From an uncultured Chloroflexia bacterium (GTDB lineage: Bacteria > Chloroflexota > Limnocylindria > Limnocylindrales > CSP1-4): 64,000 nt of DNA. Location: positions 384,001 through 448,000 of the forward strand of contig CAWFXA010000001.1 in NCBI GenBank assembly GCA_963819655.1, written 5' to 3'. A program made the translations under genes and the position numbers. This document shows positions 49,521 to 59,089 of this stretch, piece by piece (the stretch's first letter is position 1; each line of letters begins with the position of its first letter). The notes under the pieces were generated by a model. That model worked only from the letters and a program-made list of their open reading frames with translations, searched no databases and had not been told where the DNA came from.

Positions 49521-51137
49521 TCAGTCCTTGTCGAACGCCCCCAGCGCGTCGAACGATTCGGTCCGCTCTGCGACCGCGTCGCCACCGATGGCCCACGTCG
49601 CCCGACCCTCGCGATTGCGGCCGACTGCCCGCGGCGGATCGCCCACGACCGCGCGCCAACCGAGATCGGACAGTCGGTCGAGCGTGGTCATCGCGACTGC
49701 GAGCATCGCGGTGGCGTGATCGTGGGCGACGCCGTGGAGCGGCCGCCGCGTCGAGACGCCGGCGACCTCGGTCGCGGTCCGTGCCGCGGCCCGAGCGTCG
49801 CTGGCCGCCAGAGCCATGTCCGGGTGGCTGCGCCGCATCAGCAGGGCACTCGGGCCGGTCCGCGTCAGCGCCGCCGCCACGATGTACGACCACGCGGCGG
49901 CCGGACCCCCGATCGACCCATTTGCGACGGGCTCGTCGAACCGGATGATGTGATCGGGGAACAGCGAGCGTCGGACGTCGACCTCGGCGAGGACGCGGGC
50001 CACGGCCGACGGCTCATCGGCCAGCCACGCCGGATACGCGCCGACGACCATCCGGTCGCTCGACAGACCGTCGGCGCGCGCGAGCGCCACGCCCAGCAGC
50101 TGCAGCGCAAGCGCCCGGCCCGACCGGGTCGCCGGATCCGACGGCACGCCAGAGACGAGATCGGGGGCGACGACCAGCGGCCCCGGTCCGATCGACACGA
50201 ACGTGTCGGAGCGTCGATGAAGCCTTCGGGCGAAGGCGTGGTCGGCCAGCGACCGGTCGGGATCGACGCCACCGACGACGATCTCGGCGACGGGATCGGC
50301 CTCGACCAGGTCGACGCGCTCGAAGGCTGCGACCACGGCCCCCTCCGGCACGCCGAGCGGCGGGATCGCGGTCCCAAGGCGCACGTAGCCGCGGCGTTGG
50401 GCGGCGACACCGTCGGCGGCGCGGCGGAGACGCGCGAGAGCGCGCTGACTGCCCGAGGGCGCGGGGTCGGCGCCGTCCATATCCGCGACCCTCGAGCGCC
50501 CACCACGACTATCCCTCGGGTGCCATTCCGGTGGCTCGACGCCCGCCGATTGCATCCGGTCTGCCAGCTCGCGACCGATCGGCACCTCGACCCGGAGGAG
50601 GTCGAACCCGGCCGATGCGAGCGCGGCGGCCTCGTCGAGCGCCTCGTCGACTTCGGGTTCGGCGAGTGTCGTGCCGATCCACGGACGGGACGCCTCACCC
50701 AGCAGGTCCAGGAGCTCCCGACGGGCGATCCGGTCGGCGTCGATCCGATCGACGGCGACGCCCACCAGGCGCTCGGCTTCGGCGACCGCGATCGCCCGAC
50801 GCTCCGGTTCCCGCAGCAATTCCGCTTCCAGCGCGAGATCGATCGCGCCGGACGCCACGTCGAGTGCCAGCTGCTGCGGCTCGAGGTCGTACTCGGTCAG
50901 GGCCATCGCGAACGGCAGCGCGATGCCACCGCCGAGCCCGTCCTGTGCGCTCGTCAGCCAGCGGTCCACCGCGGCGCCCGCGAGAGGCCGCCCCGAGCGG
51001 TCCAGCCCGGTCACCCCGAACAGCCGCAGCAGCGCCCGCTCCTGGCCGAGCGTTGTCGATGCCCGGGCGCGCGCGCCCCACGCGCCGGCGAGCGTCTCGG
51101 CGCGTTCCGCCAGCTTGTCGATCGCGCGATCAGCCAC
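49521..51137 (-). CDS. Lysine 5,6-aminomutase alpha-subunit-like protein (divergent)
   Basis: STTLGQERALLRLFGVTG..G.PL...VD N-terminus and RGYVRL..L.VPE.A..A.ER.D segment resemble KamD/LAM alpha; GTG start at 51137 overlaps the dppA end. Confidence 0.65.
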   Translation of the reverse strand: MADRAIDKLAERAETLAGAWGARARASTTLGQERALLRLFGVTGLDRSGRPLAGAAVDRWLTSAQDGLGGGIALPFAMALTEYDLEPQQLALDVASGAIDLALEAELLREPERRAIAVAEAERLVGVAVDRIDADRIARRELLDLLGEASRPWIGTTLAEPEVDEALDEAAALASAGFDLLRVEVPIGRELADRMQSAGVEPPEWHPRDSRGGRSRVADMDGADPAPSGSQRALARLRRAADGVAAQRRGYVRLGTAIPPLGVPEGAVVAAFERVDLVEADPVAEIVVGGVDPDRSLADHAFARRLHRRSDTFVSIGPGPLVVAPDLVSGVPSDPATRSGRALALQLLGVALARADGLSSDRMVVGAYPAWLADEPSAVARVLAEVDVRRSLFPDHIIRFDEPVANGSIGGPAAAWSYIVAAALTRTGPSALLMRRSHPDMALAASDARAAARTATEVAGVSTRRPLHGVAHDHATAMLAVAMTTLDRLSDLGWRAVVGDPPRAVGRNREGRATWAIGGDAVAERTESFDALGAFDKD

Positions 51138-51975
51138 TGACCGACTCGACCAGGCGCACGATCGAGAGGAACCCGCGGAAGGCGGTCTCGGGGTCGTCGT
51201 GTGCGAATCGGACGGTCCGGTCGCCGACGCGCTCGACGCCGGGCATGATCGCCGCGTGGTCGGCGATGACCCCGCGCGGGACGTCGATCTCGATGGTGAC
51301 GGGCCGCCCAACCTCGAGGACCTGCAGCTCGCCAGCCGTGGCGGCGCGCCTGACCGCGCGCTCGGCACCCTCGCGGACGCGGTCGCGCGCGACCGTCGGA
51401 TGGAACGACGTCGCGCTATGGCCGCCGTCGATCGTCTTGACGACGACCCGCTCGGCCCACGGCAGCCAGCCCTCGACCTCCTCGGCCAGGGCGTCGTCCC
51501 CGCCGACCATGCCGACCGGGATGCCCCATGCACCGAGGACGAGCGCATTGACGCCGTACTCGCCGGTCGGCCGGCCGTCGAGGCGGGTCTCGACCGGCAT
51601 GCCTGAATACGTGTGGGCGATCGTCCCGCTCGGGTGGCCTGCTCGCGCGTGGTAGCCGACGAACAGGGCGACATCGAACGATGGCCGGCCGTCCGCGTCC
51701 CGCCTGGCGCCGGCCACCATCGACCACGCCTTCTGGCCTTGCAGCACCCGGGCGCTCGGGTGGACGTCGGCGGGGAGCAGGTTGTACATGTTCCAGTGGC
51801 TGTCGTTGACGAGGATGTCGGTGGCGCCAGCGGCGAGAGCGCCCTCGATCGCCGCGTTGGTTTCGCCAACCATCAGGTCCACGGCCACCGGGTAGCGGCG
51901 GTCGGCGGGGTCGGTCGGATGCGGGTGGGTGATCCCCGCGATGCCCTCCATGTCGACGCTGATGTAGACCCTCAC
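51130..51975 (-). CDS. dppA: M55 family D-aminopeptidase
   Basis: YISVDMEG, VNDSH, FVGYHARAG, IAHTYS, GEYGVNA, GGDD. Confidence 0.93.
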   Translation of the reverse strand: MRVYISVDMEGIAGITHPHPTDPADRRYPVAVDLMVGETNAAIEGALAAGATDILVNDSHWNMYNLLPADVHPSARVLQGQKAWSMVAGARRDADGRPSFDVALFVGYHARAGHPSGTIAHTYSGMPVETRLDGRPTGEYGVNALVLGAWGIPVGMVGGDDALAEEVEGWLPWAERVVVKTIDGGHSATSFHPTVARDRVREGAERAVRRAATAGELQVLEVGRPVTIEIDVPRGVIADHAAIMPGVERVGDRTVRFAHDDPETAFRGFLSIVRLVESVSG

Positions 51976-52715
51976 GAGCCCTCCTCCGGTCCGGTCCGCG
52001 CCGCCTGCCCGATCCAGACATGCCCGTCGCTGAAGCGCTCGGCCTTCCAGATCGGTGCGCGCGCCTTCGTCTCATCGATGGCGTAGCGAGCAGCCTCGAA
52101 CGCTGCGTCGCGGTGCGCGCTGACGGCCACGACGGCGATCGACACCTCGCCGAGGGGCACTTCCCCGGTCCGGTGCACGATCGCCACCCGCTCGACGCCG
52201 AAGCGCGCGGCGATCTCGTCGGCGATCTCGCCAAGCACCCCGATGGCCATCGATTCGTGGGCCTCGTACTCGAGCGATTCGACCGCTCGATCGGCGTGGC
52301 GCGCGGCCTCGGCTTCCTGACCCGGTGCCGGCGTGCCGGGCGTCACACGGGTCCGGCCGAGGAACCCGACCGCGGCGCCGTCCTCGGGCGTGGCCAGCCG
52401 GGCGGTGAGATCGGCGAGGATCCTTTCGTCGAACGGGTCCGCCCGCAGCTCGAGCACGCGACGCGCGGCGCCACCGCCCGACACCGGCGGGATCATCGCG
52501 ACCTCGTCGCCATCGGCGAGCAGCGTGGTCTCGTCCGCGTACGCGCCGTTTCGCGCGAACCGGACCGAGGCGCGCCCCGGCTCCAGCGAGGGATGGGCCG
52601 TCACGAGCGCCGTCCAGGCATCGGCGACGGTGGCGCCGTCCTCGAGCTGGAGCGGGACCTCGCGCGTGCCGGCGAGCTCGCGCTGGATCGCGAAGAGCCG
52701 GACGCGGATGCGCAC
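51972..52715 (-). CDS. moaE: Fused MoaD-MoaE molybdopterin synthase (MoaX-like)
   Basis: N-terminal MoaD domain (VRLFA..GDEVAMIPPVSGG) followed by MoaE (GAAVGFLGRTR, LEYEAH, HRTG, SAHR, KARAPIWKAE). Confidence 0.9.
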   Translation of the reverse strand: MRIRVRLFAIQRELAGTREVPLQLEDGATVADAWTALVTAHPSLEPGRASVRFARNGAYADETTLLADGDEVAMIPPVSGGGAARRVLELRADPFDERILADLTARLATPEDGAAVGFLGRTRVTPGTPAPGQEAEAARHADRAVESLEYEAHESMAIGVLGEIADEIAARFGVERVAIVHRTGEVPLGEVSIAVVAVSAHRDAAFEAARYAIDETKARAPIWKAERFSDGHVWIGQAARTGPEEGS

Positions 52716-52728
52716 GCGAGCGGTGCCC

Positions 52729-53394
52729 TCACCCGCGCCATGTCGCGGCGAGCAGCCCGTCGCCGACCGGCAGGATGGTGGCCGTGAACCGCGCGTCGCC
52801 GAGGACGCGTTCGCAGAATGCACGGAGGGCGGTCGTCCGCTCGCCGTCGTCGTCGGGACGAGATCCGCCGACGCGCCCGCTCCACAGGACGTTGTCGGCG
52901 AGGATCAGCGCGCCGGGCGCGAGGCGCCCGTCGATGAGCGCGTCGAGATAGGCCGTGTATTCCTGCTTGATCGCGTCGATGAACGCGAGATCGAACGGAC
53001 CGGTGAGCGCAGGGTCGGCAGACCCGAAGGCGTCGAGTGCCTTGGCCGAGATGATCGAGATCCGTTCGTCCGCGATGCCGGCCTCGCGCCACCAGCTTCG
53101 GGCGAGGTCGGTCCGCTCGCGGTCCGGGTCGATGGTGACGATCGTACCGTCGTCGGGTTGACCGAGGGCCAGCCACAGCGTCGAGAACCCGTACGCCGTT
53201 CCGACCTCGACGATGCGGCGCCGGCCCCCGGCGAGCGTGGACAGGACGCGGCCCGCATCGCGATCGACGATCGGGATCCCGAGCGGCTTGGCGGCGACCT
53301 CGATGGCGGCGAGCGCGGGCGGGAGCGGCGGCGCGATCGACTCGATCCAGTCGAGGTCGGTGGCGTCGGGGATCCAGTCGCGCTCGCTCTTCAT
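52729..53394 (-). CDS. O-methyltransferase (family 3)
   Basis: VEVGTAYGFSTLWLA, FDLAFIDA.K..Y, ILADNVLWSG, LPVGDGL. Confidence 0.92.
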   Translation of the reverse strand: MKSERDWIPDATDLDWIESIAPPLPPALAAIEVAAKPLGIPIVDRDAGRVLSTLAGGRRRIVEVGTAYGFSTLWLALGQPDDGTIVTIDPDRERTDLARSWWREAGIADERISIISAKALDAFGSADPALTGPFDLAFIDAIKQEYTAYLDALIDGRLAPGALILADNVLWSGRVGGSRPDDDGERTTALRAFCERVLGDARFTATILPVGDGLLAATWRG

Positions 53395-53422
53395 CGCTGC
53401 TCCACGTGCGTGTCGGTGCCGG

Positions 53423-54262
53423 TCAGACCAGCAGGCCGTAGCCGAAATACAGGCCGGCCGCCAGGATCGTGCCCGCGGCGATCGTGCCGACGTTGATATA
53501 CAGGAGGCCGGTCGCCGATTCCATCGACCGCGTGCGCGCGGTCTGCACCGCCGCCCACGACACGATCAGCGGGAAGATGAGCCCGACGATGAGGCGCAAC
53601 CAGACGAAGAGTGCCCCCTCCCCGGTCAGCGCGCCGAAGGGCGCAGGGTCCGCCGGGCCGGCGCCCACCGCGACCCACGCCACGAACAGGCCGACCTGGA
53701 TGGCCATGACGACGAGGAGCACTCGAGCGAGCAGGATGAGCGGCGCTTCGGGGAGCTTGGGCGTCACGAGATACCAGTGGCCCAGGATCATCGCCGCGAA
53801 GACACCGCCCGTGGCGGCGAAGAGGACGGCCAGCTGCACCAGCAGCGCCGCGGCTCCCAGCGGGCCGTTGCCCCAGCCGAGCGCGCCGAACACGACTGTC
53901 AGTCCGCCGGCCACGAGGGCGAGCGTTTCCGCGACGCTGGCCGCCTTTGGTGATGCCCGGCGCCCGACCAGGGCGACGACCGCCAGGACCACGAATGCGG
54001 CGAGGGCGGCGCGGCGCGGGATGTCGAACGAGGGATCCGGCACGACCGGGGACGCTCCGAGCGATCCCGGCAGCGCGCCATCACTGAGCCACGCGAGCAC
54101 CCCGAACGCGATCGCGCAGGCTGTCGCGAAACCCAGGTAGCCACGGGTCGCGGAGGTGCGTCGACGCAGAAGAGCGACCGCGGCGTAGGTGCCCAGCGCA
54201 AGGCCCGCGAGCATCGTCCAGTTGATGTAGGCGAGGTTCTCCGCGATCTGGGTCGCTGACAC
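53423..54262 (-). CDS. Polytopic membrane protein (hypothetical, GHWYL motif)
   Basis: About 8 hydrophobic helices; MILGHWYLVTP and SATGLLY motifs; GTG start 6 nt after TACACT. Confidence 0.75.
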   Translation of the reverse strand: MSATQIAENLAYINWTMLAGLALGTYAAVALLRRRTSATRGYLGFATACAIAFGVLAWLSDGALPGSLGASPVVPDPSFDIPRRAALAAFVVLAVVALVGRRASPKAASVAETLALVAGGLTVVFGALGWGNGPLGAAALLVQLAVLFAATGGVFAAMILGHWYLVTPKLPEAPLILLARVLLVVMAIQVGLFVAWVAVGAGPADPAPFGALTGEGALFVWLRLIVGLIFPLIVSWAAVQTARTRSMESATGLLYINVGTIAAGTILAAGLYFGYGLLV

Positions 54263-54321
54263 GTCGCGAGTGTAGCCGCGCCGCTAGCATCGACAATCGA
54301 CGACGCGACGGAGGTATCCCA

Positions 54322-55053
54322 ATGGCACTCCCCGACGGCACCACCATCACGTGGTTCGGCCACTCCTGCATCCGCATCGACACCGCCCGCGGTCGGACGG
54401 TGATCATCGATCCCTGGTTCGCGAGTCCGACGAGCCCGATCGGGGTGGATGCCGTTGACCGCTGCGATCTGCTGCTCGTCACGCACGGCCATTTCGATCA
54501 TTTCGGGGATGCCCTCGCGCTGGCCAGCCGGCTTCGACCGGCGTGGCCGTGCATGCACGAGATGAGCCTGTGGTTGGCGCGCCAGCTCCCCGGTGGCGCC
54601 GATGCGGTGACCGGGATGAACAAGGGCGGCACGGTCGAAGCGGCAGGGCTGCGGGTCACGATGGTCGGCGCGGATCACTCGGCAGGTGACTGGAACGCGG
54701 GTGGCGAGACGACGCTGTACCTCGGCGAGCCTGCGGGGTTCGTGATCGAGCTCGAGGACGGGTACCGGATCTACCACGCCGGCGACACCACCTTGTTCTC
54801 GGACATGCAGCTGATCCGCGAGCTCCACAGGCCCGACCTCGCGATGCTGCCGATCGGCGGGCATTTCACGATGGACCCGCGGGCAGCGGCCATGGCGGCC
54901 GAGTTCCTGGGGGTCAAGGAAGTCGTGCCGCTGCACTACGGGACGTTTCCTGTGCTTGCCGGGACGCCGGAGCAGTTGCGTCAGGCGCTGGCGGCGCGAG
55001 GCCTGGGCGACGTGCGCGTCCACGAGCCGCGCCCGGGCGGTTCGCTCGGCTGA
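54322..55053 (+). CDS. Metallo-beta-lactamase-fold metal-dependent hydrolase (UPF0173-like)
   Basis: WFGHS, IDPW, THGHFDH, YHAGDT, LPIGGHFTM, PLHYGTFP. Confidence 0.92.
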   Translation: MALPDGTTITWFGHSCIRIDTARGRTVIIDPWFASPTSPIGVDAVDRCDLLLVTHGHFDHFGDALALASRLRPAWPCMHEMSLWLARQLPGGADAVTGMNKGGTVEAAGLRVTMVGADHSAGDWNAGGETTLYLGEPAGFVIELEDGYRIYHAGDTTLFSDMQLIRELHRPDLAMLPIGGHFTMDPRAAAMAAEFLGVKEVVPLHYGTFPVLAGTPEQLRQALAARGLGDVRVHEPRPGGSLG

Positions 55054-55099
55054 TCAGCGGTGGCTCCGTCGCGTCGCCGTGATGCACATATTCCACGTC

Positions 55100-55229
55100 C
55101 GACCGGACCCTTGTTCGTTGATGCGCACCGGCCGCATCAACGCGCGTCAATACCGCGTTGATGGCCTCCGACATCACGCGGGTCGACCGCGGTTGATGCG
55201 GCCCATGCGCATCAGCAAGGGGTGGTCGA
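55100..55229. repeat. Long imperfect intergenic palindrome (REP-like)
   Basis: CCCTTG (55108)/CAAGGG (55216), TGATGCGCA (55119)/TGCGCATCA (55206), GGCCGCATCAAC (55130)/GTTGATGCGGCC (55192). Confidence 0.7.
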
Positions 55230-55285
55230 CACGGGGTGGTCGACGCCGGCGCAGAAAGTGGACATCAACGCTTGGAGCGGGAGTG

Positions 55286-56512
55286 CTACGGCCCCAGCGT
55301 CGGTCGGAACGAGACCGAGTCCAGCCAGGTCGTGACATCGGACCGACCGAGATCGACCTCGAGAACGGCGTTCTGGTCCGTCCCGGAAGCGATGATCGGG
55401 AAGGTGATCGGTGCCCACGCAGGGCCGACCGTCGCGGTCCGGGCGACGTAGGAATTCCCTGCCGTCGATGTGATTCGCACGCGGATGTCGCGTGCAGTCT
55501 CGGAACGCATCCACAGTGTGAGCAGGTAATGACGGCCCACCTCGATACGCATGCCCGGCTGGCGCAGCGAGATCCCGGCGTAGGCGGCACTGCCCACCGT
55601 GATGTCGACGACGGCTGCGGTCGTGCCCGCCGCCGGGGCAGTGGTGTCGGCGGCGAGCGACGCCTGAGCGCCCAGCCCGACGAACAGCGCCCACGGCGTC
55701 CCGACGCCGGTCTCGAAGCCACCGTTCGTGACCTGCTCACCCGGCGCCGGCGATGGCTCCGGCGGGATCGGACCACCGGACGGCGGAGGCGATCCGACGG
55801 GTGGGGCCGGCGTGACCGAAGCGGGCGGCTCGCTCGATGGCGGCGGGGCTGACGACGGCGGCGGCGGGGCGGTAGACGGTGGCGCACTCGGTGGCGCGGG
55901 GCTCGGCGAAACGACAGGTGTCGGCGGCGGCGCGACTGCGAGCGCATCGAGCTCGGCCTGCAATGGTCCGAGCTCGGCGATCATTATCACGATGAGGCCG
56001 GCGCCGGCGCGATAGACGGCGTCGTTCTGCACCGATGCGGCGAGCGTCTCGGCCGCCAAATCGCCCATCGACTTGTACAACGCCGCCAGCTTGCCTCCAG
56101 GCTCGTTCTCGCCCAGCGCGCCACCCAGCCCCGCCACGTACTCGGACCCGAGGTTGACCCAGGTGTTCACCTGACGGATAAGTGAGACGACCTCGTTCGT
56201 CCGGAGCGTCGACCGGTCGAGCTCACGCTGCAACCCGAGGCCGATCCCAGCGAGACGCTCATTCACGCCTAGCAGGAGCTTGACGGTGCCAGGGTCGACC
56301 AGTGGCTTGGGCGAGGCCGTCGCGGGCGCGAGCGACAGCGTGGGACCAGGGGATCCCGAGCCCGAGGGCGATGCCGGAGGGACCGCGAAGGCCGTCGTGC
56401 CGAGCACCGCGAGGACGATGACCGCGAGGACGGTCCCGACGATCTCAGGTCCGGGTGGCCAGGTCCGCCTCGGCGCAGGGGTCAGCTCCGGGGCCCGCTC
56501 CGGAGCCGTCAC
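55286..56512 (-). CDS. Membrane-anchored protein with C-terminal carbohydrate-binding (CBM4/9-like) domain
   Basis: N-terminal TM, helical domain, Pro linker, VTNGGFETG..W...G.HY.LTLW...WLDSVSF. Confidence 0.7.
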   Translation of the reverse strand: MTAPERAPELTPAPRRTWPPGPEIVGTVLAVIVLAVLGTTAFAVPPASPSGSGSPGPTLSLAPATASPKPLVDPGTVKLLLGVNERLAGIGLGLQRELDRSTLRTNEVVSLIRQVNTWVNLGSEYVAGLGGALGENEPGGKLAALYKSMGDLAAETLAASVQNDAVYRAGAGLIVIMIAELGPLQAELDALAVAPPPTPVVSPSPAPPSAPPSTAPPPPSSAPPPSSEPPASVTPAPPVGSPPPSGGPIPPEPSPAPGEQVTNGGFETGVGTPWALFVGLGAQASLAADTTAPAAGTTAAVVDITVGSAAYAGISLRQPGMRIEVGRHYLLTLWMRSETARDIRVRITSTAGNSYVARTATVGPAWAPITFPIIASGTDQNAVLEVDLGRSDVTTWLDSVSFRPTLGP

Positions 56513-57351
56513 GAACCGGCGCCGGCGACCGGTGCCGCTAGAGCTAGCTCGAGATCGGCCGCCGGCATCCCGCCGATCGTCCGGAAGACGATCGCGAGCG
56601 AGGACTGACCCTCGCGGCCCGAGATGATCACCCGGTCGTCCATCGCCGTGACATCGAAATCGAGGACGGCTCCCTCGTGGCGGACCTTGAGCTCACCGGC
56701 ATCGACGGGACCGAACACGCGCAGCTGATCGCCATCGCGAGCGATGGCATAGCACGCACCGATCTCGAGGCCCGCGTTGCCCGAGATGTACACACCGGTG
56801 GAGAGGACCTCACCTGCGCTGATCTCCTCGGAGGTCGTCGCTGCGACGTAGTTGGAGGCCGTGAACGTCGGTCGGATGCCCAGCGACGTGGGAGACGCCA
56901 TCGGCCGAGTCGGCCAGTCGCGCGAGTCCCGACGCGTCGACCCGCGCGCACTCCCGATCGGAGTCGGTGCGACGGACGCCGCTGGCTGCCGATCGCTGTC
57001 GACCGGCGCGACCCTGGCGCCGAGCGTGCGGAATGCGACGGGCTCAGGCGCCGCAGTCGGCTGGCTCTCGCGCGGTGCCGGGCCAGGCTCCCCGATCGAC
57101 CCGAATGCCAGCGATGTCCCGCACCGATCGCACAACGACGCCCAGCCGTGGACCTCCGTATCGCACGTCGGGCAGCGTCCGGGTGGCGCGACGACAAGGA
57201 GGACAAAAGCGAGAGGGCCCGTGAGGGCGCCGAGCGCGAACCACACGGCGGGATTCCGCGCGCAGCGCGTCGCGTACCACCCCGCCAGCGGCGCCCCTAC
57301 GCCGGCCAGCAGGACCAGCACGATGGGGATGCCATCGAGAACGCCCTGCAC
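56509..57351 (-). CDS. Membrane protein with zinc ribbon (hypothetical)
   Basis: GGAGG SD before GTG 57351; two TM helices then CPTC..CDRC; GTGA-type overlap with the downstream gene. Confidence 0.6.
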   Translation of the reverse strand: MQGVLDGIPIVLVLLAGVGAPLAGWYATRCARNPAVWFALGALTGPLAFVLLVVAPPGRCPTCDTEVHGWASLCDRCGTSLAFGSIGEPGPAPRESQPTAAPEPVAFRTLGARVAPVDSDRQPAASVAPTPIGSARGSTRRDSRDWPTRPMASPTSLGIRPTFTASNYVAATTSEEISAGEVLSTGVYISGNAGLEIGACYAIARDGDQLRVFGPVDAGELKVRHEGAVLDFDVTAMDDRVIISGREGQSSLAIVFRTIGGMPAADLELALAAPVAGAGS

Positions 57352-57700
57352 GCTTCCTCCGGTGTGGTCGGACCGAGGCGGCCATGCTACCCGAGGTCCG
57401 ACAAAGACCGGGGATGGGGTCATGACTCGAGGCTCCGCCACACCGCCGATTGGTGCGGCGGTGCACCGGAAGACGCGTCTGCAATACCCCGCATGCGTCA
57501 ACCGGCCCGTAATCGCAAGTGTAATTGAGAGGTCTGGGCCTTACGATAGGGTCCTCGCGGCTGGTACTTTTAGATCAGCCAAGAGGCGCTGTCATCGGGT
57601 CCGTATCGGACTCATGTCGGTCCGACACTCATCCTGGGGAGGTCTGTCGTCGCGGGAAAGCCGGAGCACCGAGGCTTCGGCATGAAGGGGGAAATAGCGA

Positions 57701-59089
57701 ATGCGTGTCACCGTAGTCGGATTGGGCTACGTTGGGCTCGTCACGGGCGCCTGTCTAGCCGAGTGGGAGCACGACGTCACTGGCGTCGATGCGGACCCAC
57801 GTCGTTTGGCGACGTTGCGCGAAGGGCGCGTCCCATTCCACGAGCCGCGGCTCCCGGAACTGGTCGGCGACGGTGTCACCACCGGGCGCTTGAGCTTCAC
57901 CGACGACCTCAAGGCAGCCTCCGCGGCGGCCGATATGGTGATCGTCGCCGTGGGCACCCACGACGGGAATGGCGGCTGGCAGACCGACACGGTCCGCGGC
58001 GCACTCGCCGACATCGTCCCGGCCATGGCCGAGGGATCGACGCTGGTCGTCCGCTCGACGCTGCCGCCCGATTTCATCCGACAGCTGCCGGCGCTGGTCG
58101 CCAGCCGCCGGGCGACCGCCGGGCTGTCGCCGATCCCGGTGATGCTCAACCCGGAGTTCACCCGTGAGGGTCGGGCCGTCCGTGACTACCAGCAGCCCGA
58201 CCGGATCGTCCTCGGGGTCGTGAGCGACCCGGACGGCCACGGCGAGGCCGCTCTCCGCGAGCTGTATCACTCGGCGGCGGCACCGGTGATCGTCATGGGC
58301 GCCATCGACGCGGCGATCACGAAGCTCGGGGCGAACCTCTTCCTCGCGACGAAGATCAGCTTCGCGAACGAGCTCGCCGAGATCTGCGACGCATTCGGCG
58401 CCGACGTGTCCACGGTCGTCGACGGCATGTCCTATGACAGCCGGATCGGCGGATCCTTCCTGCGCGCCGGTGTCGGGTTCGGCGGCTCGTGCCTCCCGAA
58501 CCAGGTCGCGATGACGATCCGCACGGCCGCCCAGGCCGGGGTGGACACGCCGCTGCTGAGCGCCGTCGACGAGGTCAACCATCGCCGCCGCAGCCAGGTC
58601 GTCGAGCGCGCCGCCTCGCTGCTCGAGGGCACGGTGCGAGGTCGCCGCGTCGCCCTCCTCGGCCTGACGTTCAAGCCCGATACCGACGACCTGCGTGACG
58701 CGCCGGCACTGACGATCGCGACCGAGATGATCGAGCAGGGTGCCTCGGTCGTCGCCTATGACCCGATGCCGTCCGCTCGCGAGCGCTCCGCCGTCCTGGT
58801 GCCAGGGCTGGAGGTCGTGCCTGCGGCCGCCGATGCTCTCCGCGGCGCCGACGTCGCCGTGCTCGTCACCGAGTGGCCGGAATTCGTCGACCTCGATTGG
58901 GCGGTCGCTGGAATGACCATGAGCCGCCGCATCGTCATCGATGGTCGCAATGTGCTGACCGCTGAGCGGCTGTCGGCTGACGGCTTCACGTACTCGTCGT
59001 TCGGCCGCGGAACCGTCGTGCCGGACATGGCTGCGGAAGGCGCCTCTGCCAAGGCCCGTGTCGCTTCGCTGCAGTGGGGCCGCGGGTGA
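57701..59089 (+). CDS. ugd: UDP-glucose/GDP-mannose dehydrogenase
   Basis: GLGYVG, NPEFTREG, NLFLATKISFANE, GFGGSCLP, GLTFKPDTDDLRD, IDGRN. Confidence 0.93.
   Translation: MRVTVVGLGYVGLVTGACLAEWEHDVTGVDADPRRLATLREGRVPFHEPRLPELVGDGVTTGRLSFTDDLKAASAAADMVIVAVGTHDGNGGWQTDTVRGALADIVPAMAEGSTLVVRSTLPPDFIRQLPALVASRRATAGLSPIPVMLNPEFTREGRAVRDYQQPDRIVLGVVSDPDGHGEAALRELYHSAAAPVIVMGAIDAAITKLGANLFLATKISFANELAEICDAFGADVSTVVDGMSYDSRIGGSFLRAGVGFGGSCLPNQVAMTIRTAAQAGVDTPLLSAVDEVNHRRRSQVVERAASLLEGTVRGRRVALLGLTFKPDTDDLRDAPALTIATEMIEQGASVVAYDPMPSARERSAVLVPGLEVVPAAADALRGADVAVLVTEWPEFVDLDWAVAGMTMSRRIVIDGRNVLTAERLSADGFTYSSFGRGTVVPDMAAEGASAKARVASLQWGRG

Noticed and set aside
49521-51869. A 782-aa protein as given by the ORF track
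   Set aside because: The N-terminal extension overlaps dppA off-frame; the plausible start is GTG 51137.
57420-57700. c-di-GMP or c-di-AMP riboswitch upstream of the EPS operon
   Set aside because: Only short hairpins; I could not match GEMM or ydaO core motifs.
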